Positions 46,071 through 60,464 of a stretch of DNA of 64,000 nt are shown piece by piece. Both the position numbers and the translations under genes were made by a program. How positions within the stretch are numbered: the first letter of the stretch is position 1; every line of letters starts with the position of its first letter. Origin of the DNA: Marsupella aquatica (Eukaryota; Plantae; Marchantiophyta); the NCBI GenBank assembly GCA_973895155.1, contig OZ316898.1, forward strand, positions 13,233,659 through 13,297,658, written 5' to 3'. The notes beneath the pieces are model-generated. The model was given only the letters and a program-made list of their open reading frames with translations, ran no database searches and was not told the origin of the DNA.

Positions 46071-47821
46071 GGGAATTGTCTAGCTTACGTTGATGCGGGC
46101 TGAGGGTGTGTAAAATGCGTGGTTACCCGTAGTGAACCCAATCAGACTGCTAATAAAGGACAAACCCCGAGATGCTTAATATAACCCCAAATTTGAAAGA
46201 AGTAATCCCGAACGGTAGACTGCCGGGTAGGGTAGTTAAAATTAATGCACCGTTGAGATTTCAAATTCGGAAATCACTGCTACATCGCGTCGTGCTTCCA
46301 CATTGAGCCGCAGCTGCTACTACAGTTGTGGGGAATGGCAGGAGCTATCGGTGTCCAGGCATTACATGATCAAATGCCACGCTTGTACATTTTTGCCACA
46401 TCAACTCGTCACAGGTCTCGGGGGAATTGATTCTAAGAGTCACATGTCATCAACTTCACTTGAGTAGATTTCATTCAAATTGATCCAAAGGTTGAATTTT
46501 CACCTAGGATCGAGCACCGATGTGGTGAGTGCTCAACCTTTTATGGTGAGTAGGCGGATCGAGCACCAATGTGGCGAGTGCTCCACTTTTTATGGTGAGT
46601 AGGCTGTTCACCATCCGATACGAACTACCAGGAAGCGAGCTAACTAGTAGCTCTCTGTATAATGTCAGAGGTACACTTTTCACCTGGGATTGGGCTCCAC
46701 CTTTTATGGTGAGTAAGCTGTTTACCACGCGACACAAACTAGCACTAGAGGCAAGGAATGGGGCTTTCATATGGGCAGGTGTGATTTGTGTTTAGAAAAA
46801 GTGGAAAGGAAACCGCCCGATGCAGCCAGCCACTCAGCTGGGAGGAAGAAAGAGATAAGCTGTTCATTGTCTATCCAGCAGTGCTGCCAAGACAATAATC
46901 TGGTTATGATTTTGAGATGGTCCGGACGGGGCATGCATGGCAATTCCATGAATCCGTCTTAGTTCACTTCTCGAGAGAACACGACAGACGTTTCTGAATT
47001 TCTCAACAGACAACGCTTATTGTAGGTTACGGAAAGGATTCACCATGATCCAAGGGTCACTTATATAAGGCTAATGTTTGGCTAGGTTTTCTGATCCACG
47101 GATGCCGACCGGTTATCCTACTCTTGAAAACTAGTGGGACTTCGCTCTGACAAATTATCAATTCGATCCCATATCTCGAGTGGTAGTCCGATCCGTAAAC
47201 TGTTCGGCAATCCATGATCATCAATTCTGTGCAAGGAGTCTCTTCAGGACTCACTCCAGTAAGCCACCGTTACTTTAGTTTTCGTGTATGAATGCGTGTA
47301 TGTAATTTCGGCACTGAGGTTTAGTCGACTTATCTCATGCAGTTAATTAGTCTCTTATGGACAACGCTGACAGTCTTTTCCTATCAAGCCATTTTGGTGA
47401 CCAGTGAGAAGCTCTTGCGTGAAATTCTTTCATGTATTTAAGTCGTATTCCATGCTATATCAATGTGTGGCCAATACTTCTGCAAGCAAAGTCGGGCTAT
47501 GCCAGGTCGCGTCTGCTATGCTCTAATTGCTAGCCCAGTCTGGTAAGTCATTCGCACAAATTCTAGCCGAGTACTAACTTTGTTCGCCAATTTCACGTTT
47601 ATATTTAGGATCTGTCAAATCTTCTGAGCTTCCACCTTTTCCTGCTCTGGTGACAGTTCACCATTTTAGTGATGTAGCCGAATTAAAAAATGGTGATGTG
47701 AGCCATTCTGACTCACAGGAAATTTCTACACAACTTTTTGCCGATAGAGGGAAAGTGAACGAACATTGTTCATCGTACAATCCTATGATGAAAGTATAGA
47801 TCATAGCTGAAGTTCCCTTCT

Positions 47822-50124
47822 TCAAATGTAAATCGCGATGGATTTGAATTTGATAAAGGCCGATTCTTCCTTGCCGTACATAGGCACGAGACTGATGACG
47901 ACCTTTGAAGGGCCTGCTGGAGCTTCAACATCGTCCAGTGATCTGGAGATACTTTCCTTCCAGTCCAAATCGGGTTTCCCTGCAGTAGCAGATCGGCTTT
48001 GAGCCAAGTTGGCGAATCGCCCAGAGAATTCTGCGCATTTGGTTCGCGCTGGATTCTCGATCGGGTTCAGCCAATCCACAAACACGTTAAACCCTGTGTT
48101 CCATGATCTGTCGAGTTTGATTCCGTCAATGGTGAGGAACTCTTCAAAGCCGTGTGGATTGTCTGGTCTGTCCACCACTAAAGTGAATGTCTTACCGCCT
48201 TCCAGATGGTAGTATCCTCCCGAGTCTTTGCTTGGCACTGGCAAGCTTTCGGCTTTGGCAATAAGTTCGGAGTAGCTCAGGTTACTGCACTTGGTAGTGT
48301 TGAAGAAGACCCATGGTGCATCATTAGCGGGTTGAGCAACATATCCCAACTTTTTCGTGTCTAACGATTCTGCTACCGTCACTCTTCTTAGATCCTTGTT
48401 TTCATCGTAGAACAGAAACTCAGCATTCAGAAAGTCAGGGTCCGAGTAGTCCTCATGAGTCTGACCTACTAATGGCCCGATATCTTTCCATACCTGTTTT
48501 AGCCAACCACGGACATGTATCAGCTTTCACATATGGAACAATCGTAATTTTTGCAAAATTTGTGAAGTCGTTGACCGTAGAAATTAACCACATCAGGTAT
48601 TCAGTAATTAACTATTTCGACCGGACTTCTGTACGTACCTGCCACATACGATCGATGTTGCAGTGATGAGCGAAGAAGACAGGGTCACGGGCTGCGCGCG
48701 AAAGCTGGCCCATGTCGTTGCCTGGCGGGTCTTGTCCGACCCAGGAATGAATACCACCATGAGCACCAAGTTCTAGAGTCCCAGCACCTCCATTTGGGCC
48801 TCCATTACCTGTGAAATCAAAACCAATCAATACTTAGCCGACATCAATCGTTGGGATGGCAAGCCTTCAAGATATGATTCGAATAAAGCTCGTCAGGAAA
48901 GAGTCGAATTGCTTGTAACGCGATCTAGGGTATAGTAGAGTTGGTCGTTCAATCTAATTCGATTTTAAAAGTCTTGCTTTCTTCATATATAGCTGACTTA
49001 TAGCAGCTAGAGTCACACCGGTAGATACACACACCTGACACGTCCCCTGCGCGATAAGCCCGGCCAATGAACGTTTCTTTCGTTGTTCCGCCGCTCACAA
49101 ACTCTTGGTACAGTATGTTCAGATTACTTTCAATAACGTCTTCTGCAGATGCGTTGTAGAGGGCCTGTGTTATTGCAGCTTGGACAGGCGCGTAACTGAC
49201 ATCGGGGAACTTCAGACGGCCATATCCCTTCGCATTCGCAGATCGATTGACATCGTATAAGGCGGAGGAAGTGTCGTCGTAGATGGCTGGGAAAATATGT
49301 CCCTGTTTCAGGCAAGCTCCATTATTGGAAGAGCCATCTCCTACAGTGTAGGGAGCATCCCAGTTCCAGTAACTGAGGGTGAAGTGGGGGTCTCCCAGGA
49401 GCGACTGCAGGATCCTCTCGTGGAAGTACACGTACCATCTGCATTTATCGGTTTCCACACTAGTCAGCTTCTCATTGATCGAGCATTCATAATCCCTCTA
49501 GACTCGTAACCCTGTCACGAACAATTGTAGCTAGCGACTACACCGCGAAACAGTATAAGCCTTGAATTGAAACTTACAGTACATTTTGTGACAGCTGCTG
49601 AATGTTTCAAGGATTAGACTGGTCTGGAAATTATCACATTAGTGTAGTTCTGCACATGATTTGACGTACCTGTGCCACGGAAAGAATAGCCAGCTCCAGT
49701 GGACGTCAATTCCCTGGGGAATTCCACTGCTGTTCACAGTTAAGAATGCACCCCCGCAGTAAGAGCAGTGAAGTTGCCATTGCTGAAAGAAGGAACGTGG
49801 ATCATCGTCTGGGAGCGCCCGCATCAACGTGTACGCCTTCTCGAGCTTTGCAGCGTAAGCTGCATCCGTGCATTGCAAAGCTTTTCTTACTCTGATGTAA
49901 TTTGTCGATAGAGGAGGTGGCCCATTGATGATCGGCCCAGTTGGCTTGACAGGACAGCACTGGATGGATTCTTGTGCACCGCCGGGACGTGGTTCAACTA
50001 AGTAGGTTGAATTCTGGCAGTTATCGAAGGTTACCTTGATCGGGTCGCCGTCCACAGCTGCCGGGAACATGAAAACCATGGAGACTGTACACAACACCGT
50101 TATCCACACCAAGGGGATCTCCAT
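47822..50124 (-). CDS. PPO: Polyphenol oxidase paralogue, 4 exons, 566 aa, predicted signal peptide
   Basis: Exons 50124-49670, 49438-49035, 48808-48639, 48493-47822. The first three exons are the same lengths as in copy 1 (455/404/170). HCSYC, VHWSWLFFPWHRWYVYFHERIL and ELGAHGGIH...RDPVFFAHHCNIDRMW. Confidence 0.96.
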
Positions 50125-51561
50125 GGCTCCTCACCACCCCTGGGCCAAGGTTACTGCAGGACGTGGACCTCTCGATTCCTAAGTAGCTCACAACTGCTCC
50201 GGAGAGCCAGATGAAGCTGCGGTTGAGAAAATAGTTGAGCTTAAAGGGATGCTATCTTCTGTAAGCAATGTCTCGCACTACGTACCAATAGTTACTAGTG
50301 ACTACGAGTAAGCCTGACCTTGGCCCGGTCACTCCAGATGCGGTTCGGATTCATGAAGGGACGAAGTATTCACGGCTCTTCCTTGGTGTCCTGCATGAGA
50401 GGCAGGCTAGAAAGAGACACGACTCAGCCTGAAGATTTTTGTTGTGATTGACCACACAAATCAGTAGCTCAATGAGAAGCCACTTTAGTTAAAATGGCCA
50501 ACGAGAAATCTGTAGTTCAATTCAATGAGCACTCAGTCTACGTGTCGATCTCTATATCTACGCTAATACTAAACACCCTGAAAAAGCAATGTACACAAGT
50601 CGTCTATCTGCATCCAGTGTATTGAGCAGCTCAACAATGAAAGCTGCATTATCGCTATTGTGTAAACGACCAAGGCAGAAGGATCGATACCATCTCAGTA
50701 GTGGGCTGGGCCTTAAATAGCGGATTCCAGAAGGTAGTGGATTCAGGATTCGAGCTGGGAAAAAGTTACCTTGAAAAGAAGCGCGTTTCATAGAGAGTAT
50801 ACTCGGTGCTTCAATAATTGAGGTAACTTGGGGTCCTTCACAGGAGTCAGAGTGTCAATTAGCTGGGGTCCACAATGTCCGCCGATACGTCTGCTACAGG
50901 TCTGACCAACTACCAGACACAATTTACTGCATGTCTACTAACATCACCATTTGAGGTTCAGCGCTTGCCTACGGGAACAATAGATCTGCCCATGCTGATC
51001 CACTCAATTCGCACCATCGGACCCTCTCCTTCTCTTACACATGTTTTTAATGAATTGTTTTAAGTATTTCTATATGTCTTTTTTCTATGTAGCATAGATC
51101 TTAGGAAATATACTTAGGGCAGAAGATCACCCCCTATGTAGAGCAAATGAGGTGACAATAATATTCAAAATTTCACTAGAATACAATATGCTCTGACTTT
51201 CATATATGCTTCTACTATGTGTACAATGAATACTACAGGGTACTAGTATACTTTTACAACACCGTGTGATGGAAATTCCCAACATGCCTCCTACTGGCCA
51301 CGAATTAGACTAGAAGGGAATCAGCCTAGAAGTGTTCAGTTGGCCAGGAAATTAGGCTAGAAGTAGTCAGTTGGTCAGGAAATTAGGCTAGAAGTGAAAG
51401 ATCCCAGGTTAAATTCCCCCTCCACATGCAAGGGGTAGGGAGAGCATGTGTGTGTGTATGTGTGGGTGGGGTGCAATGGTGGTAGTCCTGGTTTCTCCTC
51501 AACCCAGGCTGCTCTGCTTTGGGGCCCTGGTTCAACCCTCTCTCCCTCCTTGTCTGGGTCC

Positions 51562-51713
51562 TGTTCGATCCCTGATACTAACCTTTTGTGGTTACCTTAC
51601 ATAAAATTGCATGTTCGATCCCTGATACTAACCTTTTGTGGTTACCTTACATAAAATTGCATGTTCGATCCCTGATACTAACCTTTTGTGGTTACCTTAC
51701 ATAAAATTGCATG
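51562..51713. repeat. Tandem repeat, 50 bp x3
   Basis: tgttcgatccctgatactaaccttttgtggttaccttacataaaattgca occurs three times. Confidence 0.9.
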
Positions 51714-51789
51714 CTCCGGAGCCAGACATCTGTTGTCATTATGTCTTGCCACTTGATTCTGCACTTAAAGACGCATGGGTTGGGAATGG

Positions 51790-52268
51790 GCAACAACATT
51801 GTTTACTTGATAACTTTTTTCACCTCAACAACATTTTTTACTTAACAACTTCTTCTACTTGGAAATATCTTTTGGTTTAACAACATCTTGTACGAATAAA
51901 CATTTGGTAATTTATAACATGATTATTAATAACATGTATTAATAACCTGTTACTTCAAACAAAACAAACAAACAAACAACAAACAAACAAAAAACCTGTT
52001 ACTTCACAACATTTGTTACTAACTACATCCCCTACTTATCAACATCTTTTTATTTAACAACAACTTTGCACTTGATGACATCTTTGCACTTGACGACATC
52101 TTTGACATATAAGGACATAGTTTTACCCAACAACACGTTTTCATTTCCTGCCATCTTTGAGATAACAACATTTTTAACATAAAGATATCTTTGGCACCAC
52201 AATATTGTTTTACTAAACTACATTTTTTATGGAATGTCTTTTGTGCGCTGCACGGGGTATTGAGCTAG
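51790..52268 (+). mobile_element. Helitron 3' portion
   Basis: Degenerate acaacatcttt-type repeats, then hairpin gtgcgctgcac and ggggtattgagCTAG|T at 52265-52269. A related end lies inverted at 62971-62996. Confidence 0.6.
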
Positions 52269-53353
52269 TGCAAACATAGTTCCATATTTTACTCTAGACA
52301 AAGTAACTATTGAAGGAGGGTGCAGGAGTACCTGTGATGGTGGTAATAGTAATAAAAGCTACTCCACCGGCCAATTCAAGTAGCATAGTTTGCAAGAAAT
52401 GTGTCTCTACATATTTGGAAATGACTTAATTGGAAATCTCTTATAAAATTATACTCCGTACATTCTCAATCTGGAAAGGGATAAGCCCAGATGTAAGTGT
52501 AGCTGTTTGATGTGACGCCTGGATGGTTTTTCGAAATCAGGATGGACTGCCGCAGAAGGTCTTAAAATAATTGGGAAACAAGTTACACATTTTTAATTAT
52601 TATTTATTTTATTTCAGTCAGGTGGGCAGCTGTGGGCTGGGTTATGGATGAGTCTGACGCTGCAAAACAATAAGTTTTGGACAGGATTGATTCCACCTTT
52701 TTCCTGACTTCCTAACGGCGATCTACTTTTTGGCGATCCACCTTTTTTGGTGTAGCTCAGTCTTAGTAGCTTCTCTCCGTGCTCACGTAATTTGGGATAG
52801 AAAACTCACACGAGATAAAATCCTAGTGCATCGGAGCCCAACGGGACTGCTCTCCTAATAGAAATATCTCAGGCCGGGCAAGCTCTGCGCTTTACAGAGA
52901 ATTCAATTGGGTCGAGTCCCTACTCACTCAGCTTTTGCAGTTGTCACGACCAATTATATCTGCTGCAGTACAAGCAATGAAGAACTGGTTGACGTCAAGC
53001 TGAACGTCAAGCCTCTGAGTCACATGTCGTTCTCGATACCTGGTGTTGTTTCGACAGGCTTGGAGTAGGTCGGCCTCGAAACAAGTTTCGTGATAATATA
53101 AAGTACATCATGCCACAGCCAGGCAGCCAGCCCTGCCAGCATGTTGCCGAGCTCTTACGCTACCAGCTAGCACGTCAGTTTACCAGAACTTTCTTTGCGT
53201 TTTTCTAATTTAGTAGCGAAGGAACCCATGCCCGAGTGACAGGTCTGGACGTGAACTATCATTGTTTCTTCAGCGCAAAGGCGTCTTGTGAGCTACGAAT
53301 CGCTCCGGTCCGGTTAACTTTAAAAGTTACTAGCTCTCAGTGTTCATGGCCGA

Positions 53354-53795
53354 ATGGGTCCCACTGGACCCCCGCTTTCTATTTTGACCACACACTTTCG
53401 CCAACGTATTTTAGTCACCTTACAGCGTGCTCAAGCTCGGGCCATCTATCGTCGATCTCTTACAGTGGGTGCTAGTGTGCCTCCGCAGCGGCTAGCTCCC
53501 CTTGAGGATGTTCCAATCCCACTTGCCGATCTAGTTTTGACTCTTGATGTGGACCATTAGCTTTTTGCCACACTCGGTAGGAATGATGAGGACCTCGGTC
53601 CGCTTGGGTTAATTTTAGTCTCTCTCTCTTTCTTGGTTTTTAGAGGTTCCCTATTGTTCATTTCTTACTTTTAGTTTCTCTTTCTTGGTGTTTAGTGGTT
53701 CCCTTTTGCTCACTTCTTTTTCGATTGGTTTTGTTCACTTGGGCTCTCTTTTGTTTGTTCATTTGTACTCTGTTTGGTCACTTTGTATATAAAAA
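53354..53795 (+). mobile_element. Second, shorter CRE-like non-LTR 3' fragment
   Basis: PPLSILTTHFRQRILVTLQRAQARAI is homologous to PPVSVLTSTFLRQRVSMTLQKAQAFTI at 13214-13330. T-rich 3' UTR. Confidence 0.65.
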
Positions 53796-54588
53796 GTGTG
53801 TATATTTCTATTTCTTCTCAGTAACCATTCCTTTGGTTACTTTACTTGGCGTTCTTTGCAAAATGTATTATGTTGATCGAGAAGTCTGATTTTAGCCCGT
53901 GTGGCAGGCCATCGACATGCTGGCTCACGTGGCCCGTCAAACTGGATCCAATGCGCCGTATTCCTTTGTTCCCAGGTTGCGGATATCAAGCTCGAACTAT
54001 GATCTCGAGTGTAATAGTATATATTTGATTATTTGTGCGTTTGTCTTGTGCACTCGGGAACGGGGTCAATCTGATGCGAACAGGGCATCAAGGCATGAAT
54101 CGATCTGTCATCCCCACGATGTTCTGACATGTAGCCAACCCAAGACTTGGTCTCCAGAACACAAGTGCATGCTTCTGCAGTCCTCCTGTTCCACTAGGAG
54201 ATACCAATTATGATAGTCCAATTTGCCACAATCATGCTCTAAAGTCATGATAGATTATTACTTTTCCTTGTCACGGGCAGTCTGTAAACTACTGTACATA
54301 AATCTGCAAAACTGGAAGAACAGACGAACAGTAATTTCTAAATTACTTGTGAGGCTCAACTCTCCCCTAGCACAGGCTTCACGGGGTTTTTAGCACCTCG
54401 ACCTTCGATCCTCTGGGGTGATGCCTTTTGGGGGCTCCCCCTACTTTTGTAAATTTGCTTTTTGAATGGTGTTTTCAAGGCAAAACTTACAGTAAGAACA
54501 GTCAGCCGAGAGGATCAATGGGGGCATCAAAGTAAGCTGGGAGGATCAAGGGGGCATCGCAATGACCTGACTGTTGGATTCATGTTGC

Positions 54589-54708
54589 TTTTTTGTTGAT
54601 CAGTTAAATTGATGATTCAAAAGGTCTCATAGCTCACTGACAATTTGGGTTTTTGTTGATCAGTTAAATTGATGATTCAAAAGGTCTCATAGCTCACTGA
54701 CAATTTGG
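54589..54708. repeat. Tandem duplication, 60 bp x2
   Basis: Lines 54601 and 54661 begin with the identical sequence cagttaaattgatgattcaaaaggtctcatagctcactgacaatttgg. Confidence 0.9.
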
Positions 54709-57700
54709 TGGACCTAACTCCCCAGTTACTGGTTATAGACACACAATGTTACTGACTAGAAAATTCATAGTTCAGGACCTTGGCTGGTGCATGTCCATTT
54801 GTTGCACTGATTTGATCACCCGGGCATTCCCCCACTGTATATATCAATGTCTATATCTACATAAAACCATTTTTGGCAATACGGGTATATTTGTTAAATT
54901 CCAGTTATTGCTCACTGTAATCTAGTTTAATTTTTTAATGAAGATAATTAAATTAAATGATAATTTAAAAATATATAGAACATCATAAGGCATTATTCCA
55001 AGAATAATTTTAGATCTTTTAGGGGTATTGCTTTTTGCATAGTAAGGCAAAGTCACATAAAAACAAATTATGAACTGAAAAACAAAATTGTACAAATGAA
55101 TCATTTATATTTTGACATGACCATGAATGGAATAATCCTAGGGGTAATCCATATTTACATTAATTTGTGTACAAAGTGACACTGACTTAGAACTAGAAGA
55201 AATTATTGAAACCTTCCCATGCAAAATCAACCTAAGTAAGTTCTCTGCAATACTTGTGTGCATCTGATTTGTCGCCAATTGTCACCCTAAACCATTTATA
55301 AGTAAATAATTAAAATTATTTTTTCATTGATCCCCGCATTGGTCCTCATCATTTGTGAACCACACCTGCCTCTACTTGTTTACATCTCTCAAGATTGTCT
55401 TGTGCTTCTCAACTTTGAACTCATTTAGTAATTGAAACCAAACCAGTTTTAGTGTTTTGAGACTTGAAGCACCACAAAACACTATTCACAGATTTTTTGT
55501 GAAACATTTATTGGATATTCTTGTTCATCCCACTCCTATATTTTACTCCAACAAATTTCCCATCTTTCTTTTTGCCCAACTCTTGCCCATATGAGGCCAA
55601 AACCAATCCACTAAACACACATGCTCAAACTTATTCTCATCATTCAGCTCTCCTCCTTCCACATGACTCACTACTCGTCTCAACCGAACAGCACACGTAG
55701 TTCTCTATATATATCCTCAGTTGCTGGTCTTTGCAAAATAAAATGACCTTTCACAATATCTACTCTTGGTTGAAAGGCTTCCGGGAAGGCTTCTTGTGGT
55801 CGACTCTTGACAGGTCCAGCATATTAGTCTTCTCACGCATCCAACTCACATGCAACGTTCCAAAAATTGAGACCTCAGCACATTGTCTCTCCAATTTGTT
55901 TAAGGCCAAAATCCACCTTTCAAGTCTTCTCCATTTTCTGGCCTATTTGGACAACCTCTGTTTCCAATGTAACTAGGACAACCTTCCAATATTGTCTAGA
56001 TGAGATCATCATGGGCAAGATTCCCTTAATTCCTCTCTCTTGCTTCTATCCACAATCAATTGAAAGAACTTTAAATGTTTCCTAGTATCCCTAGACAGCC
56101 AACATGCCTATTTCCATCATAGGAAGTTTTTCTGGTATCCCATTTGGAAAGTTTCGACATCCATCCCTTTCCCAAGACAAAATTTCAATACCTTCCTTTG
56201 GCACCTACGACACACTATCATTTGACTTGAGCTTATATATACTGAAAGAATGGCATCCCGTTTTCTAGAACATAAAATTGAAATAGGTAGGGGTTTCCAT
56301 ACCCAAACAACAAGACTCTATACTGACATAATTATCCATTGAAGTTGGGTACCCCTTGTACAAAATATGGAATCGGAGTCAGCCTTCTCACTTTCATGAA
56401 CAAGCTCATCAAATTGGGTCATTTCCGTGTTGGATTGTTTCAAATTTGGAGTGGCTTTTTGGGTGAAAAAAACAGGATATGCAAGAAGTGGATCTACAAG
56501 AAGTGGATTGAAGGAATAAAGAACTTAATACAAGTGAATTATATTTGGTGTGAATGATAAAGTAAATGATTGCACACTTCTCCAAGCTAGATCTAAAAAG
56601 AAAGTATTCCTTAATTATCATCCATGTATACAAAGTGCTCCTCTCTCTACCATCGGGCGTGCTGCACCATAGTCTTCTCCCTTCGATCATCCATGCAATT
56701 GCATGCTACTTTCTCTACCATCCATGCATACAGGTGCTACATAATGACAGAAGTTTAATTGCAAATATTACATACTAGGCAATAAAGTAGTGCACAATCT
56801 AATCAATGAGAGAAAGACGTCCGATAAAGTTTTTTTTTAATAAAACAGAGAACCAGAAGAAGGGGGGATGGGGACACGGAAGGGGGTTGGTTGGGGGTGG
56901 GGGGAGCTGGTAAGCTTTAAAAGGAAAACAATGAAGGAAAAAAATACGGGAAAATCATTCTTGTTTTTTTATATTATGGTGGTCAATCTTGCCTCTCCTT
57001 AATTTGAGTCATGATATCTTTTACTCATCTGCATTTTTTATGCAATGCAATATGATTCCAATAAACTTTACTCATCAAGCTATCTTTTGCACCAAGATAA
57101 TTGCTCTCATATGTTTAGCACAAAGTCATCTATTCCGTATGGACAGGAGCATTCACATCTTTTGACAAATAATATATTTTAATAAATCACATGTTTTGTG
57201 CAGTCGTACATTTTACTTAGTTAATGATATCTTTTGCTTAACTGCATCTTTTGCTTAAAAACAGCTTTTGCCCAATGACATTTTAATCACGACATTTTTT
57301 GCGCAACCATATATTTTACTTACCGATATATTTTTGTAATGACATCTTTAATGCAACAATATGTTTACAAAACAACATCGTCTCTGCAATGCACAGTCGG
57401 GGATTGAACTGTCTACTAGTACTCTAATGAAGAAACCTTAATTATTTAAATTATAATTACCCATGATTGAAGTGACAAACTAAGAATACATTCAATAAAA
57501 TTAGCATACATTCAATAAAATTAAAATTAGTTGCCCAGACTACCCCCTCTTTGAACATGAATAGAGGAGAGGAAAATAAAATGGTCACCAAAGTATATTC
57601 CATATTCACATTCTTTGAAGATTAATGAATTGAAAAAAAAACCATCATGCGTGTCATCATTTAATAATCACACAAAAAATACCATGATCCTCCTTTCTAT

Positions 57701-58244
57701 GCATATCATTTTTTCTATACACATCCCTCTTTCTATGCACATAATACATATGTTATAGTGGGGCCCATACAACCCATTTTTTGAGTGTAAATAGAAATCA
57801 TGACAAAAAGCAACTATGCATTATTATCATTTGACAATAATTATAGTCATGAGTTTTCTCATCCACATGGTGGGCCATGGAGTTAGGGTCTTGAGGCTTC
57901 ACTCTAGAAGCCTAAGCCCCAACTCTAGTTTGTAGTTGGCGCTTTATAAGTAAAATCTCCATTCACTAGCCAGGGTAATTAATTTGAGTATTTCTTGGTT
58001 ATGTAAGTTTGATTTTATTCAACAACTAAATTAGAACACATGAAGAGTTGCACATTAAAATAGGTTTGAATATGGAGATGAGAGGAAAAAACAAGTAGAT
58101 CGATTAGTCATGGAAAAAGTGCATGCACAATGGTTTGCCTAGCTTGGAACTCCTATGTCCGTATGGTCCATGCAAAATGCTATAAAAGCCAAAGAGTTTC
58201 TTAAGTGTATTCCTGTGGTATTCTTTTATATCCATTATTAGTAG

Positions 58245-58453
58245 TCAAAGGGTTTCTTATGCTAGTTTTGGTGTTCCTTTTTTCCATAGTAACCAAAGGG
58301 TTTCTTATGTTCGTTTTGGTGTTCCTTTGTCCATAGTAACCAAAGGGTTTCTTATGTTAGTTTTGGTGTTCCTTTGTCCATAGTAACCAAAGGGTTTCTT
58401 ATGTTAGTTTTGGTGTTTCTTTTTCCATAGTAACCAAATGGTTTCTTATGTTA
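58245..58453. repeat. Tandem repeat, about 47-48 bp x4+
   Basis: caaagggtttcttatgttagttttggtgttcctttgtccatagtaac units. Confidence 0.9.
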
Positions 58454-59139
58454 CCTTGGTAAATTAACAGTAGTTGAAGAATTTATAATTAAATAGAAAC
58501 CTCATACAATCTACTGGAAAAACACTGATACATGAATCACAACCCATCCAAAGGTTACTTATTTTACCCCCTTTTCACCTCTTTATTTGTTTATTTGAAA
58601 TGTTATTTTCCAGTTTTCAATTGTTTTTAAGTTACAAGGTCTAACTGTTTTTCTTTGACTTGTTCAAACATGCATGATCTTGTTTGGTGCTTTTTGCATT
58701 ATAAACAGTTCTTGTTTGTGACCAATAGTGCTGATGTGGCTGCACATGCTTCCAGGAATTTTGGAAGGAACTTCCTACGCGGGTCCCTAACCATCTGTCA
58801 CTTAAATATTAGTTCATCTTAGTTTTTGCAAGGAACCATTAAATATGAGTTCATCTTTTGCAAGGAACACAGTGAAGAAGAAAATCAGATTCAATCAGCT
58901 TGATTATCCCATTGGCTCTGTTCTATAATGGTCTATCCTAGATTCCAATTTACTTTTATTTGGGGATGGACTAGCTGCAAATGTCACCTCTTGGTTCGTG
59001 ATTTATGTTTTAGATCTTGATTGTTTGGGTGACAGTGCAATTCAGTGGTTTACTAGGGTTTAGGGTTTAATTTTATAATAAATACATGCATTCATGTCAT
59101 GCATCATTGACATTGAGTTTATGACATATTGTGTAGACC

Positions 59140-59485
59140 TTCAGCGGGGGTCTACACACAGGAAATAAAGGAGGACAACAACAAATTTTAGAGCTATTTG
59201 AAAGGGTATGAATGAGAGCTACCTCCCATTAACTCTGACCATTTGGTGGGGGTTGAAGGGGGTCTACACACAGGAAATTAATGGAGGACAACAACAAACT
59301 CAAAATCCAATAATACAAAAGTTTAAGGTTATTTGAAAGGGTATGAATGCAAACTACCTCCCATGAACTCCGACCCTTTGGTGGCGGTTGAGGGGGGCCT
59401 ACACACAGGAAATTAAAGAGGACAACAACAAATTCAAAGTCCAATAATACAAAAGTTTAGGGTTATTTGAAAGGGTATGAATGAG
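59140..59485. repeat. Diverged tandem repeat, about 115-135 bp x3
   Basis: ggggtctacacacaggaaat...gaggacaacaacaaa...tatttgaaagggtatgaatg recurs three times. Confidence 0.8.
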
Positions 59486-60411
59486 GCTATAATAGTTCAA
59501 AAATGACCCCTAAATCAATTTGCTATGCATCGGACGCCTTTGGCAAAATGTTGCGGTTTTTATCGGTGGTCCAATTTTAGTCCAATTGCACTTTCCAATA
59601 CCCAAACAGTCGGGTAAGCGTGACTGGACCGAGATCAGCAAAGTCCAATTCTTTTGGTATTAGAAATCAGGTTTCAATTCAAAAACGATGGCAAAACCAT
59701 GTCCAATTCTATTAGTATGGCATCATGGGGTCCGAGCACTTTGGAATTGATATGCAATGTGCAATGTCGTAAATTGCAAAAGCTCTACCTGACGACCACA
59801 AAAAGTGTGGAGCCAATACTTTTTCTCAATCTAGTGGCGGGCTAATTAGTGTGTGTGCAAATTTGAACTCTATTGGTTGGCTAGAACACAGTGACGGACC
59901 AAACGAGAAGTATGACCACCAAACAAGAAGTGTGTTTTTGATTTCACGAAAAATGGCAAAAAATCACTAAAATTAAGATCAAAAATGCTATTTTGAGGAT
60001 GAATCCAAAATCGCATCCAACATCGGATTTCAAATTGAGATACTGTCAACACAAAAACAAAGAATTGTTACATTCCAGAATTCTAAGACACTTCATCTAA
60101 AAAAAGGGCAAATTCCAAAACCTAGAAAAACAATGCTTTTCACGTGATCCTTCTAAAAGCTAAATCCGAGCGTCAACAAAACTAGGAAAACACAAGATTT
60201 CATTTTCGCAATCAAAATGGCAAACTGAAAATGGGATACGGCGTATCCCATTTTGGATTCAACTGTTGAACGTGAACAAAAACCGCACCAAATCATTCTC
60301 TTGATGCTTCCATTTAACCTCGAGTTTAATTTTTAACTGCGATAAAACTGAAAACTGTGAAAAACTGACCGCGGACTACAGTCGACCCCACAGTTAGTAG
60401 GTTGTGTGTGC

Positions 60412-60464
60412 GGTCACCCATCCCAAGTGTTATTCCTCCAACATGGAGCTTAACTATGTGGTTT
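60412..60464 (-). other. Degenerate 5S rRNA-derived fragment (internal control region) within a repeat; not a 5S gene
   Basis: ggtcacccatcccaagtgttattcctccaacatggagcttaactatgtggtt resembles the reverse complement of plant 5S (ggtcacccatcctagtactactctcgcccaagcacgcttaactgcggagtt, recalled from memory). Confidence 0.55.

Noticed and set aside
55400-56560. Possible old LINE RT C-terminal relic on the minus strand
   Set aside because: Too degenerate to cite firm motifs or boundaries.
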